A stretch of DNA of 64,000 nucleotides from Phoronis australis (taxonomy: Eukaryota > Animalia > Phoronida), in NCBI GenBank assembly GCA_002633005.1, contig NMRA01000212.1:47272-111271 (forward strand), read 5' to 3'. Shown in pieces: positions 10,169 through 24,142 of the stretch. A program made the translations under genes and the position numbers. How positions within the stretch are numbered: the first letter of the stretch is position 1; every line of letters begins with the position of its first letter. The notes below the pieces were generated by a model that made no database searches, was not told where the DNA came from, and saw nothing but the letters and a program-made list of their open reading frames with translations.

Positions 10169-13100
10169 CTTAAAGAAACAACATTAAAACATAAAGATGT
10201 GCAACGCTAACAATTGTGTTCGTGACGTACTGATATTTTGAAAAGGATAAGAGGGCACGTGGTGGTTGCGCCGCCATTGGAATAAATTAGTGACACTGAA
10301 TTGAACTGGAGTTCAAACTACAAGTGTGGCTCATTAGTTTTTAGAGAAATCCACTCACCGAGGACTGAAATATACTCGTACTTTCACGAGGTTAAAACAT
10401 GAAAAGAGTGTCATACATTGAAAGATATCGCCAGATCGGGAACATTTCACAAATTACGACCTAATCTGCATTTTCAACATCAACTTCATGAAAAGTGGAG
10501 TCCCGTGTTATTTTGCTGGAGCGTCGACCGAAAAGCGTGTGAAAATGGTATGGGGGTTTAAATACGATCATTTGGGAATACATCTTGACACTTTGCCTGA
10601 AAACCGTGATCTATGAAGTTCTTAACTACAATGAAGCCGGGACAGTCTTTTGTGGCATAGTCAATGGTCATTGCATATAGTTAATTATGCTAGTCACGTG
10701 ATCTCAGGCTTTCACAAAATGATAAAGAGGCAAGAAACCAGCCTCCCTTCACAAAAAAAACTTTTGACTGATACCACATACCGTTATGAAATTGGTCTAA
10801 AATTGGTCCTTTGTCAAATTGGTTCTTTGTCGATTGAATCGAGTACTCTACAATGTGGCATGTCACGGCGTTTTATTTTATACGCCGAACACGATGATCT
10901 CACACAAGGAAGCAACTGTCAGTTGTCTTAGCAACACCAGATATCAGTTCTCATCTGATAAAGGAACCTATTTTATAGCGGTAGGGTAAGTGATCTCAAT
11001 CAAAAGTTCGCCTGTTGGACGGTTGATGACCGACAGATGGCGCGGGGTTATTGGCACTTTAAAACGGAGCAATAACTCCGCGCCATCTGTCGTAGTCTGT
11101 TACTTGTCCAATGGGTCAGACAGTCGCGTGCTTGTGTGAACTTTTATTGTTCCTTGACACACTGTCCCTGTTGGTCACCTTACTGTCACTGTAATCTAAC
11201 AGATCTGTCAACTATTCCTTTTGGATCTGTTCACTACTTATTTTGTCTCAGTTCCCTAATTTTCTGCCTTCGGACCCCCTGGCATCCGTTTCGTGAAGGT
11301 GAATACACGTAAGACATAAATTTTGTCTTACGCTCCACTTCTGTTGAATAAAGGTTTATTCAAGTAATTATGAGTGCATCACAGCCTAGAAATAATTCAT
11401 GGAGATTATCTCAGTACCTCACGTCTTGTCCCATTGGACTCGGGGGGGATGTAATAGTTTGTAGAGAAGCCCCTCGCCCGGCCGGGCCATTTCCAAAGAC
11501 TCGAATTATCCATCGAGTTTTATATGTGGGCATGTAGTAACTCCAATCGTTACAGCAAAGATTTTTTTTGTGTTTAGAGACGGCTAAAATCAAAGTCTCA
11601 GCCTAACCTTGCAGTGCGACTGTCATTCTTAATCCTAAGTCTGTCTCGTAGTGTAGTCGCTGTTTGCCTGTTGTTACCCGATGTATGCCGGCGCATTCGA
11701 CGATATTATCCACATCTAATAGTAATAATTGCAGGTACGAAACACATTCGAGGGCTAATTTGAGGCTACGGAAATACATGAGGTGTCATGGCTGTAAAAG
11801 GGTGTGCCTCAAACTAGGGTGAGTGTTTGAGCATTCAGGATATGAGTTTTCATAATTTAGTTGGTATTGTCTCAGGTAACCATTTATTAGGCCAGTAAGG
11901 TATTGTGCAACGAAAATTTCATGCCAAATATGTCTGCAAGCTGATATGAGATCCTAAATATCTCATAATTACAATGCATTTGGGCTTGGGGGGGGGGGGT
12001 TATTGCGAGTTTCATCACTGAGACTCAACTTGAACAGCCTAGGGGACAATCAAACAATTGCAAGAGACTGCTCACCAACGGAATCCTACCCTAGGAGAGG
12101 ATCCTTAGTTTACTACGAGGGGCGGGAAACCTCTCTGCCACGAATCATTAGCAACGCACTGCTAAACCCTTTCGACCACAGATACCTCAACACCGTATTA
12201 CCTGGACTGCAACAACGCACAGCCATACCTACTATACCCACAATTTTTAATGGAGATGACCAGTGTTTTGTGAAGAGTAGTGATGGGTTCCGCTTCCGTT
12301 TTACGTGTTCTACAGACCATGTTGAAGGTTCGATGAACACTTCTGTGGTGGCCATCCAAGACAATTGCGATAACGGGGTTTGACAATAACGCATAGGTAC
12401 TCAATTGATTAGCGAAACTGCATACATTGTAAATAACAGTTCTTTATTACTTTACAACTTTCAAGCTTATGTATCAGTTAAGTACTCATAATTCGTCAAC
12501 AGTTCCCTCCCAGTTATTGTCAAATGTAAACGACTCTTGAAACCCAGTTTTTAGCAACCACAGCCTGGACCGCCAAGAACATTTACTGACACTAGAGTTC
12601 AATCTGTCATATTCAGATTGAATAAGATGGTGAGCCAAGACGGGAGAATGTTGTCTCGTTTACCTTAGTTACCTCGCGCTGAACCAGAGTGATTAAACGG
12701 GTCCCAGGTATGATTCGCCATACGCAGGGTGATAGCATCAGATTTTAAGAGAAGTCGCCAAGTTCAGCGTCAAGGAAATTAGGATTCAAGTTATAGTCTA
12801 CTCGCCGTTTTGATTGAAAGGCCCGTTTGTTGAATGTTTGGTCGTAGTGTTAGCCCAGTTTTAATCACAATTTGCTGTACACGATGAAGTTTGAAAATTA
12901 GTCCCTTTTAACCTGTGAAAAACGTTGTTGGGTCAGTCTTTTATCACTTCATACTGAGAAAGAATTTTCTGGGTTAAAACCACAGATTTCAAAGGCTCTG
13001 CAGCTTTGAGGATCTGTTTACAAGAGACAGCCGAGAAAAAGGAAACTAAAGACGCAACATTACATGTGCAAACAAGTTATCGGGCTCATTCTTACAAAAA

Positions 13101-15438
13101 TTATGCAGAAGAACGTTATCAAGTAGGTCTCATTCAGTAACATTTACATTTCATTGGAACACGACCCAAAACGGGCGTTTGGAGCTTCATTCTTGCTTGA
13201 AAGGTCCTTACAAGGTGAAGTTCAGGTAAAATCGCCAGTGTAAAACGAACGGACAAGGCGAGTTATTCAGCAGCCGTGGGACGTTCGGCCACATTGATCC
13301 ACATGAACCACTTAGTGGTGCCGGTAGTTAAAAGCATTGTTTTAGCTGAACAATAAGTTTCTAACAGTTCTCAGAGATAAAAAGGCATTGTTTTTCCTTA
13401 ACAATAATTTTGTAGTTACTTCTCCGAGAGATAAAAAACACTGTTCATATGTAACAGAGTTTCTGTCTTACATTAGCGTGTGACAAAAGTCAATCTGGGT
13501 TCATTCTCCATTAAAGTGGGCAATTCTAAATTTAATATGCGAAAAATATAAGTTGTCTGTATTGGAAAAAATACTAAAGTAGGATTGTTATAAGTAACAC
13601 AACGACAACAAACGTAAAGTTGGGAGCCCATTTTTTACCCATTGGCAGATACGTTATGGATGGTATTTTGATTCCTGGATAACTGCATTTAACAAATTGT
13701 GGTAGGTTTTTCAAAGCTCTTTTAAGTGCCTTCCGATAAAATATGCTCGGATTGACTGGTTAATTTGAAGATTTCGCATAGATAAATTATCACTTTTTGC
13801 AGATATACGCTAATAGAAAAAGCTCACTTCATTCGTACTTATACATGCAATACGGGACTCTATCTCAACATTGTACGAGATACGTGGAGTGGGAATCTAA
13901 TCTCCCTTGACATATGTCAACCACTTCACCCCGCCGTTGTTTGTTCTTTAACTAGTCAATTTCACGTGCCTGGTGAAATATGTCTGTCAGAAAAACTTAG
14001 ACAGGAACTCATTTTGTACAACGTACTTTGATAAATCTTTAACGTATCTATGAATTAAACTACGATATTGGCTATGTATGACACAGTTCATGATTTCTGA
14101 ACAACCATTTCAAATCCTCTTTTCGTAATCCCATTAACACTTTCAATGTACTGCAGTAATGACGTTCCCAGGCTCTCTCACAGTTTCTCTGACCGTGACT
14201 GATATCGTATCTACGAAAACAAACGCTTAACAACTCTCATACTTCACAAATATCGCAACTCTTTTCAGTAATATCTGAAAAATTAATGACTTTGTTTCTT
14301 GAAAATGTGTGATGCTTTGGCACAAATAAGTATGCAATGGATATCATTTCAAAATATCTATATGTGTCCTGTGATGAGTATAATCACCCTCATTCGATAC
14401 ACTTCGTCATTTTCCGTACTATGGTATAATGTACGGTACATTTTTTTCGTGGTTGCACCGGTTAGTAAATTTGAGTTTGACAAAACGATGGGATGATTTT
14501 GGACAATTGTTTTTCTATCCACGTTTTTCTGAATTGCGCATTTTAGTACTCAGAGACTCAACCTTAGGAATGAAATCGCCAAAACAGGACTCGCTTTCAT
14601 TTGAGAACGTTTAGTGTAAGCAGGTTAATCAGATTCAACTTTAGTATATGGTAGCCAATATAACACTTTAAGTCTTGAAGGACCCTTATTGGCGGTCTAA
14701 ATGGGAGTCATAAATGTAAATGTGCAGTGCGGTACAATTAAAAAATCACAACTATATAGCTCTGTCTGTCATAGTTGAGCGATACAATAATTCTTCATGT
14801 TAAATTTTACTTTCCACCCAATGTTAACAATATCTTGACCTAGATTTTAGCCTTCAAGAACACTATCGAAATGAAAGATCGCAAACATTTTAGTCTGGTC
14901 AGCACGCCACCTGTTGGCCCCACATCTCGGAACCTCGTGACACTGCGTCTGCACGGTTGGCAGTAGGTCCCGGGTTCGAGTTCCTGTGGGGGCAAAACTT
15001 TTCTTAGACTTACATTGTTTTTAGGTCACGTGATGTGACCAACAGCTGGCGTGACCGGTATTTAGCTCACAGTTCCGAGAAAGTGTGTTCTAATCGAAAG
15101 TCACTCACACCTTACTCTAACTTTCTTGTTTTGGCGCGGAGGTAGAAAAGTGCATTGCTCGCCAACACATTCCTGTACCGAATCGGAAAAGTACATCGCG
15201 CCCCACAAAATTATTAAATTTCTTGTTGCCAGCACTGAAACTGACCGACCTTGCAACTTTTACTGGAATACATGAACAATGAACGTCGAAACAACTGTGG
15301 TGTAAGGGGATAGGCTCAACAGTGAGAAATGTTCCCGGCTACAGACCCTCCGCCTAGTGGGTAAATACTGAAGTTATCATAGTGGCGCTGTGCAGTTTCG
15401 GCGTGACGTAGCTACTGTTACGTGGGGCGCATACTTAA

Positions 15439-17917
15439 AGTCCTGGTCTCAAACTGCCCATGTGATTTCAGTATCCGAAAATACTTACTTATTTTCGACA
15501 CCCTTTCTTTATATTCTTTTCGCCTTTCTTGCCAAAAGCGATTTTTTAACAGTATTTGACCCTTCTCTGTGAGCGTATAATCCCGGCTATCATCGGTTAT
15601 TTCCGTACCCACATTTCCGGCTCATCAGTTCAGGAACTTGCCCTGAACGCCGCCGTTTTTCCTTGTAACTGAATGTGCTATCGCCTGCTCGAAAAGTCTT
15701 CATTATTTTATTTTATCAGTAATATCTCGTGATTCGTTTGTGTGTGTAGTGTATTTATAGTTTGTAGTTAGTGGTCGTTGAACTTTTTGGAATGTTACGC
15801 GTACTTATTATGTTAAAATAGCATTAGTGTTTAGTTCCTTACGTAGGCGGTCGAACCTAAGAACCAATATTGTCGAACCAATTTTTTCGTTTTGTTTTTT
15901 TTTCTCGTTTTAAAAAGTGCTTTGCTACCGTCGGAAAGGTAGTGCTTTCTACTCAGTTAAAATCGAAAAAGTATCAAAATCGGGGCAAGCACTGTAAAAT
16001 TATTGCAATTTTTGTGGCGAAATTTGGGTCACTTTGTTTGGATCGCGTAGGCCATATTAGAGGACAGCGGTATAAGTTACGAGTTTAAAACTTCGTGTAA
16101 ATTGTTTTCTTAAATTACTTATTATTCTGCACGCTTCAACAGTGTTCACCAAACTTCAGCCTCGCAGTTGTTACTCATTAAGTGATAAATGTGCTCACAA
16201 TTCCCGTTGGACTTTGTCTCATTTCTGGCGGCACCGACAACATGGCGACTTTTGATGAACAGGAGAGCATGTTCAACCTGTTACTTTGTAATTTGTGAAG
16301 ATTTAACGTTGATACATTTTGACAAACGTTGCTACAAAAAAGGATCTTTGTTCAATTTTCGCGTTTTTGTGCAAAAATATAAGATAATTCGAATTATTTT
16401 ACTGTGAATTTCCCACTCAGGTGATCTTACACTTAGCTAAAAAAATAGTTGAAATGATTTTGAAATGGTTTTTTGTTTGACTATCAACTGCTGTTCAAGG
16501 CTTGATTAGGTGTCACAAAATGGTTCATATTTTTTTTAAAATTTTAAGTCTCAATTGCTTTCAAGTCATGTTTTGTTACTTATTACTTCTTCATTCAGGT
16601 TATCAAGTCAACAATATGAATAATCTTAATTTAAGAAATAAGCTGTTGGATTGTGAAGCTTGAAGCCTCCAATTCTTGTTCCTTGCAACTTCATATTTTT
16701 TTAATCATGCTTGTCAAATTCTGGTGTAAGGAAACACTATTCGGTTACCATGTTAATAGTTACATGTTTGTCCACTTTCTTATCATGGAAACTTTTGCTG
16801 TTGAATAGTGTCTGTAATGCTAAATGTTGTAAAGTATTGTGTATTTTAAGTTACTTATTATGTTAAAAGGTAGAATCATTTTGGCTTAATGAATAAAAAA
16901 TGATAATATTTTGTATTGGACTTGTCATACTTATGTGCTCGAACGAGCCCCCTATTTGGAGAAATGGAAAAAGGTCTGCCTCAGTCAGAGAAGCACGAAC
17001 TCCGAAAAAAGTAGAAAACGAGACGATATTCCACTAGAAGACAGGAAGTTTAGCGTCTGCAATTCACAACTATTAACATACCCAGTGAATCTTATAGTAA
17101 AAGATAGACATTCCCAAAAATTCCAAACCCCATTTTTAAGCTTGGTGCGCTCATACAAAGTCTGGGAAAATCTTTGTTGAAAGCCAACAACTTTGCACAG
17201 TTCGCCAAAAGTACCCAAGTTCTAAATAAACCTCGTTTGAGCTAACGCTATGGCCAGCGACCAGGTAGGCCTAAGGGTAGCCTTGGCCCAAAACTGTGTG
17301 GGCCTACTAACAAGCTAGCTGTATTTTGACGGTAGTCTTCATACTGGTAGCTGGCACTGAGGCTAGCTAAGGGTTGCCGCGGCAGTGAGACACAGGATTA
17401 ACCAGTCCGTAATTTTATGCAAGTGTCTGAAACTAACTTTGAACATGCTACTTCGACAAAACAGCTTGCAACCGCATGCCTTTACCGTTCGCCAGTGTCT
17501 TGTCTCGATCCGCACCGGGTCCAATAGGCTGCGGTCCGAGTCTGGCAAAATAATTTCTGTCAAAATTTATTCGCCAGATTTCTTCAGCAAATTCGATACA
17601 ATTGTCCGTATTTTGATTTTATTAAAATTAAGACGCGCTGTCCATTATTTTATCCACGTTTGCAGGCTGGTAACAGGCACTCGTCCATTCACACTGACGG
17701 CGTTTTCTTAGCCTGAGTTTCTGAATGAATCGTACTTCCGGGTTCGCTGCAAGTTCAAAAATGGCGGTGGTTCTTCGGGTGAGAATCGTGAGTGGCGCGT
17801 TCATTTAAACTTTTTTCGAGTGTGGATCGTGTATTAGTTATGGGGTAGGTACTTCTTGGATCCTTATAACATCATCTAACCATGTAATAAGGGTTAACAA
17901 CGTGTGAGACCAGGACT
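15439..17917. mobile_element. Non-autonomous TTAA-targeting DNA transposon (Kolobok-like)
   Basis: TTAA|AGTCCTGGTCTCA ... TGAGACCAGGACT|TTAA: perfect 13-bp TIR, TTAA TSD, AG..CT termini. The right ~540 bp recur at 29830-30396. Confidence 0.8.
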
Positions 17918-19444
17918 TTAATTCGTTTAGCACCACTCAACGTGTCATCACAAAGTTGTCACCGAGCGTTGCCCAGTTTACAGGCAAGGAAGAAAGTTTG
18001 AAATTGAACGAGAAACAATTGGCATTACCATAGATCATAGACAACAGTTTCGCAACTCTGATATTTGCTAACTAAATTCCCAGAAGAGGTGCCACTTTCT
18101 TCCAATACACAAGTCAGCTTACGGTTATTGAGCAGACGAGAACTTGTCGAATTGAAGTACAAACGTCATACCAGGGGCTGACAAGGTGAAACATACGTCG
18201 CGGCAAATGGCGCAGTTACGGCTTCTGCGCAAAATCGCAAATTTTGTGCATCGACAATATGCAGAGTTGGCGGTTCAAGCTTTTAGTCATCCGACCAAAA
18301 CTTTTAGATTTAGTTTTGATGGCAAAGGCATGTTACAAGCAAACAACACAAACCACAGTCACCCAAAATAGTATCACTAATCACCATTGGGGGGTTTGGT
18401 GCCAAGCTCAAAATTGCGAGTTACCTATTGACATTTTAAGTTGGGATTATTACCTTTAATTAAAGATGGTATATCTCATTAAATTGTGATTAAGCAAATG
18501 ATGTACTAGTTTACAGACAACCCCGGGTCTACCGATGTGCAGGAAACCATCTGAGAACCAGTTACCATTACGATCTCGCGAAAGTTTCGTTTTTCGAGGC
18601 TATTTTTACTGTAAAAGAGTACGGTAATATGTTATCGTTACCCTAATAAAACAATACACTATCAAGTATCGGTTGTATAATATTTGGAATTACTACGTTT
18701 TCTAAATGTTCACACTTGTTTTTAAGTGTAAAAGTTGCGGGTTACTCTTTAAAACTGCATTTTATTTATAAATTGTTTCTTTTCATGGTTATGACTGTAC
18801 ACACAGTTCTCCAGGAAGTCCCGATTTAATCTTTAGAAGGCCTCCTAATTGAAATCGAATGTTTAATCATTGTATTATTATAATTTAATGTAAATAAAAA
18901 TGTTTCTCTCTCTCACACGAGGTGGCACTAGGTACAAGTTTAAGTATTCACAGTTTTAATGAGACAAGGCACCTTTAAGCTTACCTCATTTCCATTTGTT
19001 TATAATCTTGTACAGGGGACCTTCTTATCAGCGGTCAATTACCTTTAGAAGGCCTCCTAATTGAAATCAAATTTTAATCAATGTATTATTATTATGTACT
19101 GTAAATAAAAGCGTTTTCTCTCTCTCTTGATAACGACGTGGGGTAAATAGATCATTTCAGGTCGTAAGTAAGCACGACTATCATTGCTTAACATTGAAAC
19201 CAATGAAAAGCAGAGTCTAGACATTTTAACAGAATTGGAATGTAATTAATCTTACCAGTTTAAATAATGCCAAATTTAAACAAATAATCGCATGAATTCG
19301 CAAGTGACTTCCCTGGCACTAGGCATACATGAAGTTGTTCTCTGTACGTGCCCGTACTTTTCATCGTCTGACGTAAAGCCGACATTTCTTACGACCAGAA
19401 ATGACCTACTTTGTCAACTCATTCTCACAAGGCAAGCTTAAAGT

Positions 19445-19694
19445 ACTAAAAGCACTGCATATCACAAACGTGAATTCAATATTCCAAAAACGAGAAAATA
19501 GAATAAAAACGAAAGTTTCGTAGATTTACGAATATGAGTATGATGTGCCAGTGTGTCATGCCCACAAACACGCTATTTTTTACAAACTTGGGCCATGCCC
19601 GCGTTTTTCTAATCTCCCGCGGGAAGGCGAGAACAGCCACGGCGTGCTCAAATACTGAGTTGCCACAACCACTACAAACGCAACGTCTCGCCAT
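19445..19694 (-). pseudogene. Degenerate THAP-domain ORF (DNA-transposon derived)
   Basis: MARRCVCSGCGNS...LAFPREIRKTRAW..FV matches the THAP C-x4-C, FP and W signature; the C-terminal C..H part is disrupted. Confidence 0.55.
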
Positions 19695-20964
19695 TCTTTA
19701 TTATACCATAAACCACGGGAAAAGAAGTAGCAATATCTGATGACTTTTCACACTAAACAAGGTGGAGGATGAGTAAAATGCTGTGATTGGATGTCCCCGA
19801 TTCTACCTAGTATGTATCCACCAATAACTGCACGTAAATCGAGATCAACTAATTAACATACCGCCAGATAGTGTTTGCGGGTTTTCTAATTTGACAGCTG
19901 AACAACTGGTGGGGTTGGTTTTTGGTGTTTTTTGACATGAAATTGTTTAAATGCATTTTGAAGGGAATAATCCCAAGTTCGAATGTTGATAACTTTATTG
20001 ATTCGCAATTTTGAACTTGGCAACCCCCCAAACAGGGAGCAGTGATACGTGATTGTGATCAGTGTTGTTTGCTTCTAATATGACTTTGCCACCAAAACCT
20101 TAGTTAAGTGACTAATCAAGATTCGGCCGGCTGACTATATTTGTCTATGGAATTATCAACTCTATCCATGGAACACGTTTGATGTTCGTCTGGCCCTCGT
20201 CCTCAAAATGACTGACAGTTATGTAGCCTTAATTAACAACAGGTCCCTTGCAACAAACAATGTACCGAATTCTGAGCTTGAGCTGGCGCATCAGATTAAG
20301 ATAGTGAAGTTCTTGTCGCACCTTCGAAAGCAAACTTCGTTATCTTTTTGGCGCAGAAATAAGATGTCCGAAGTTCAGCACAATCTACGAAATGGCACCT
20401 TTACAAGTACAATCTTACGGAATTTGCTGATTGCGAAAGCACTCGAAGTCCACTTAAAGATAGCTTTTCCTCTTTTGTTGCTTGAAAACTGTAGTAAAGA
20501 GAAATTCCTTTCAACGCGACACCCCGCTTTTAAATAAACAAAATATGACGTCAAAAAAAGACATTTAGTTCTGGGGCTGGGGTTTGTCGTCTAATCTTCG
20601 TACTCGAAATCAAACTCGAAATTATTTTTGGCAATTTCCGCTCTACTTTTGTGAGAAATCAAGATAAGTGGCTATTATTTTGTGCTCGAATACAATATGT
20701 TTTAGGCATATGCGATTCTAGTCCAAGTTTGTACTTGATGTCCTCTATATTCATGTCACAAACTCGGGTAAAAGCTCGAGATTTCGCGTAAAAACTCGAA
20801 ATGTAGAGAACATTTAGAATTTATTTAGGCGTAAAACGTTTTCCACGCAATTCATTGTTTGCTCGAGCATAGCATAATAGATATTTATTTTGAGTTTGCA
20901 AAACAGTAGATTAGGAAAATGACAAAACATAAGTTCGAGTAAAAAGATAGACTCTGGGCCTTGA

Positions 20965-21212
20965 GGCCTGTTCCAAGAAACTGACTTAAGTTCATTTTTG
21001 ACTTAAGTTTAAGGTTTGTCTTAACTTCCAAACTTTGAAACTTCCACATTCGGTAAGTTTGTCAAAATTAAGACAAAACTTATGTCAAACTCTTAAGTCA
21101 AACTTAAGATCTCTTTCCTGAATTGGTTTTGAGACAAATTCAACTTTTATTTTGAAATTTACTAAACTTTAAGATTTGTCTTAGCTACGTCAGTTTTGTT
21201 GGAACGGGCCCC
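20965..21212. mobile_element. Tourist/Harbinger-like MITE
   Basis: TIRs GGCC(T/C)GTTCCAA.AAA.CTGAC; internal ACTTAAG repeats. Confidence 0.55.
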
Positions 21213-23339
21213 TGATCTATGGTTGTTTTGTAAATTGATGTGATGTCGTATATAAGTTCCAAGTTGATATCAAGTTAAGAGGTGCGGCGTTTTTTTGTCA
21301 GCACAAACCAGGCTGGTAACGCAGAGACGCGATTTGCAACAGCCGNAACCCGCTATCTATCTGTAAACACAGCGTTACACAATTGATAGGCATTCAAACT
21401 TCTAGGGCAAAATATTCACTGCGAATACAGTCACAGACAGTGATAATCAATTAGAAGGACACTGATAAGTGAGAGTATATCATAAAAACATAAATTAATT
21501 ATTTACATATTTAAAAACTATTTTACTAATGTAGTGTTATATCAACGTCGACAGGCTCCCTCCATTAGCGTGTGATTGACTAAGCTGAATGCTAGTCACA
21601 AGCCGACAAGTCGGGCGAATCGGGCAGTGCAAGTAATAATTGTTCGATGGATAGGGGAGGTATGTGGATGAAATAACTTCGTTACCAAAGATAAAGATGA
21701 AGAATAAAGGCGTGATAAAGGGTACTCAGGGAAATGTATTTCGACTGATAGGCTACCAATTCACACAATGATGTATGGCCATTTAAATTACTCGCTAGTA
21801 TGCTACATTGCGTAATAAGCCTTTTAAACACGACTTTAAAATATCGCGGTCAAGCATTCAATATTCTTCAGTAGCATACTATTTCGCATACACATTCTCT
21901 AGTCTTACTGCTTTAACAGATTAAAGTCAAAATTTCTCAATTGATACCTCACGTAAAGGCAATGGTTTCGGATATGTAAGAGTATACCTAAACACAGTTT
22001 TAGCCTATTTTCAAATATTAATTGGTACTGAATCACAAACATTTCTGAAACAAAATAAAGCTATATGTATTCCCCAAGAATCCTGAAAACTCTCCAGAAA
22101 TTCTTGCAAACTCTTCGCTCCGCCAATAAGCGTTAATAACGCTATGGATTAGCAAATCGACGATTGAAGGAAAACCGCTGACACGTTATGGCACAGGAAG
22201 TATAACAGGAGCTGAATAACCGTTTTGTCACTCACGAGGAGATGAGCGAGAGGTCAGCCTCGAAATCTGTTTTCGCACAATTTAAAGTGGCTATGAACCC
22301 GTCTGGCGTTACAAAATTCAGCTTTCCCAAAAAGACCATTTATCGATGAAAATATTGGCCCCAAAAAGTTGTGATTTCTGCACTTCAAAAGAGCTGACAT
22401 TGTATTACTGAATAGATCAAACTCTAAGCTGACTTGTCACGACGTGTCATTTAATTGGTCAAGCATGGCATGCGAGAACTCTTTGCAAGACCAAAAATCG
22501 TTTCCGACAAGTTAGAGACCAATTATAATAGCCGTATAAGTAGGAGTGGTCTCAATCAAAATTTAGTTTCTTAGACGCAACGCCAGTTTATTGCCGTTTT
22601 AAAGCATTATCATTTCAGGACTTCAGCTAATTTTGTCACAACTCATCACGGTATATAGACCACACAGTTCGTGATATTACTGTCACAGTTTGGTTTTCAA
22701 CAACACCGAGGCGTTTTAAAAATGTACGAGATTAATTCGTTGTGACCATGATTCACATGAAACATGCATCATTATTATTTATATATTATAGTGACATAAG
22801 GGTGTCAGTAAATACAATCTCAAAGACAGAATATTCACCACACCCCCCAGCCTCAATGGGCTTACTCAGTCACCTAATAGTACCGGTAATTAAACCATTG
22901 CATAACATATTGCACACGCTCAAATATGACCACTTCAGACTAGTTTATAAACACATAATTACTTCTAACCTGCAAAGCGTCTTGAATGAATTTCGCTAGA
23001 CCTTTCAAGTTATTTTGGAATATTTGCATTGAGATACAAAAAAATCAAATGGCAAATGTCGCGTAATGTGTTTGATACCGGAACTCTATTTGCTCGTGGC
23101 TAGTAGTACTTCCTGTGGACACTTCCTGTTCTTAGAACTTCTGTTAGAACTGTGGTACCCCCATATGTACATCTAATTGGATTAGTTTCCCCGCTATATA
23201 TGTTGTAATCTTTATATAAATTCACTTTCATTGCATTGTGTAAACGACAGCCACACTCAATCCCATTCAGTTACGTCAAGTACTTCTTTCGTTCTTAAAT
23301 AAACTGGTCGAGACACATCTGCCAAGTTGAACATCGATC

Positions 23340-24110
23340 ACTGCGTCAACTCATCCAGATAAAACAATACTTGTAAAAAAGTTAAAATTGTTTCTTCAGG
23401 ATGGCCTATTACGCAGCGCCGGACAGTGTGGATGCACAACACCAACCTACCTGACCACGCGAAGTTTCCCATTTTGTTACCATTAGCCCACAGATTCAAT
23501 GAAAAGGTCATCAAAGAGGCACACGCCAGCAGTCTCCATAGTGGCGACAACATGCCTATCAAGTTCAGACGTCAGAGCTAGTGAATTCCGAGAGTTTGCC
23601 AGCTGATCAGAGTTGTCATTCGACTCAATGTGCCTTGCCGCAGAGTTGCTGAAAACTCGTATCCTTAACCAGCCCCCATCAAGTCTATGTGCCTACTATA
23701 ATGGCACGCAAAATGGACAACCCTTTGAGAGTACTGGTGTTGATTAAACCTGTCATGTGTTCGCCAAGAACTCTATTGGCAACACCAGCAGCACGGTGTA
23801 CATCTGTTTATTTACATGCGCGCTCACTGGAGCAGTGCATTTGCTGTTGGTATCTGATTAACCTGTCAGATCATTTATACAAGCTTTTCGTGCTTTTGCC
23901 AGCCTGCGCTCACTCCCATTTGTTGTGATTTCAGATAACGCCACAAATTTTGGCGCCCCGCACTGTCAACGAATTTGAGAAATCGAGAGATTTTCTCGCC
24001 GATCAGCAAGTCACCTGGAAATTTATTCCTTCCCGCGCTTTATAATTTGGTGGGTTTTGAGAAAGTCCCGCCGAAATCACTAAAACATGGTTGAAGAAGG
24101 TCAACCTTTA
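23340..24110 (+). mobile_element. Degenerate BEL/Pao LTR-retrotransposon pol (integrase) fossil
   Basis: Translation with stops and frameshifts: KFPILLP..HRF..VIKEAH....HSG...RQS**IPR....CRR; PFESTGVD*; YICLFTCALTGAVHL; VISDNATNF; VTWKFIPSRA.*FGGF*E. Possible LTR remnant at ~23070-23300. Confidence 0.88.
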
Positions 24111-24142
24111 ACAAACTCTGTACAATTCTTATAGATAAACCT

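Noticed and set aside
12629-12648. PBS-like TGGTGAGCCAAGACGGGAG
   Set aside because: Not preceded by an LTR CA end, and no recognisable gag/pol nearby.
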